A stretch of DNA of 63,995 bases, counting the filler, from Dugesia japonica (Eukaryota), in NCBI GenBank assembly GCA_001938525.1. It is 5 parts of 5 records of this genome, joined end to end, with 100 filler letters (N's around TTAATTAATTAA, not from the genome) between each part and the next. Parts side by side here need not be neighbours in the genome. Positions count along the whole stretch, not along the records: positions 55,591 to 63,995 come from MQRL01333648.1; 4 more parts are not named here. One strand, given 5' to 3'. Positions 63,407-63,995 of this stretch are shown piece by piece. Positions within the stretch are counted from its first letter, which is position 1. Every line of letters begins with the position of its first letter. Made by a program: the position numbers and the translations under genes. The notes below the pieces were generated by a model, which searched no databases, was not told the DNA's origin, and saw nothing but the letters and a program-made list of their open reading frames with translations.

Positions 63407-63790
63407 TTATAATAAATCCAGAGCATCCGGGTCTAGCCATTGGTCAGGGGTGGTGGTGATGAAGTTAAATGCAGCTATGTCGTCGTCTTCATCCCACTGA
63501 GATGTATTTGGGTTTCCAATTTGCCGTGACAAGTCAGCGATATATTGTTTTAAGAATTCTATCTTGCGTTGTAGGAGGAGTTTGGTTTCGGTTTCTAAGC
63601 TTTGAGTTTGGTTGGCTAAGTCAGCTTGTTTTCTTACAACCAGGCCAAGCTTCTTAATTAATCGTTTTTGCTGCCCCAAATGTTGCAGCAAAGCCCTTTC
63701 AGCTTTCCTCTTTAGATGACGTTCGACGAGGAGGCGACGCAAGAGGCGGTGACAACGCCTTAAACTAATGGGGAATTGAATTCTAGGCAC
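63407..63790 (-). CDS. Orphan basic/coiled-coil protein with an acidic tail
   Basis: 127-codon GC-richer ORF with a GTG start (ATG just upstream is in another frame); AATAAA directly downstream. Confidence 0.35.
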   Translation of the reverse strand: MPRIQFPISLRRCHRLLRRLLVERHLKRKAERALLQHLGQQKRLIKKLGLVVRKQADLANQTQSLETETKLLLQRKIEFLKQYIADLSRQIGNPNTSQWDEDDDIAAFNFITTTPDQWLDPDALDLL

Positions 63791-63995
63791 TGAAATGACA
63801 AGAATATTAGACGAGCATAGGTTAAAAATAAGTCATTCGCTTATTAGTGAAAATCAACAAAACAAAATAATCAAGTAACGAATAAGATGGATTTTTTATA
63901 TTTTTACAAAATTATGGACGAAGATTGTTTTTAGTTTGTGTACCCTTATCAATCATAAGGGGTTCGATATATGTTTTTGATCTAAGGGTGAGAAT

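Overview
Very AT-rich, repeat-dense eukaryotic DNA. Introns of 43-68 bp and (AAT)n tracts suggest an invertebrate such as a flatworm (inference only). The window is five unlinked scaffold pieces joined by an artificial N-TTAATTAATTAA-N linker at 16802, 31604, 40739 and 55535, so adjacency across those points is not real. The main feature is a ~10.7 kb endogenous Polinton/Maverick (adintovirus-type) virus core on the minus strand (~43190-53845). Its genes, in order: major capsid protein, zinc finger/parvovirus-type phospholipase A2 fused to a retroviral-type integrase, A32-like packaging ATPase, a tiny antisense Cys-rich ORF, adenovirus pX-like protein, a conserved repeat-rich ORF, penton, adenain-like protease, fibre-like ORF, gasderminX-like membrane protein and a truncated protein-primed PolB. 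Most genes carry one or two stops or frameshifts. A second, more decayed Maverick of a different lineage lies at ~20530-24010, and further capsid, PolB and integrase remnants are scattered elsewhere. The rest is Ty3/Gypsy remnants, a Tigger element containing a solo LTR, hAT/mariner/pogo fragments, MITEs, an RLE non-LTR fragment and a few host gene pieces (NUDT16-like exon, EGF-domain gene exons, a 4-TM PPxY protein). All family calls come from motif recognition by eye, not database searches.
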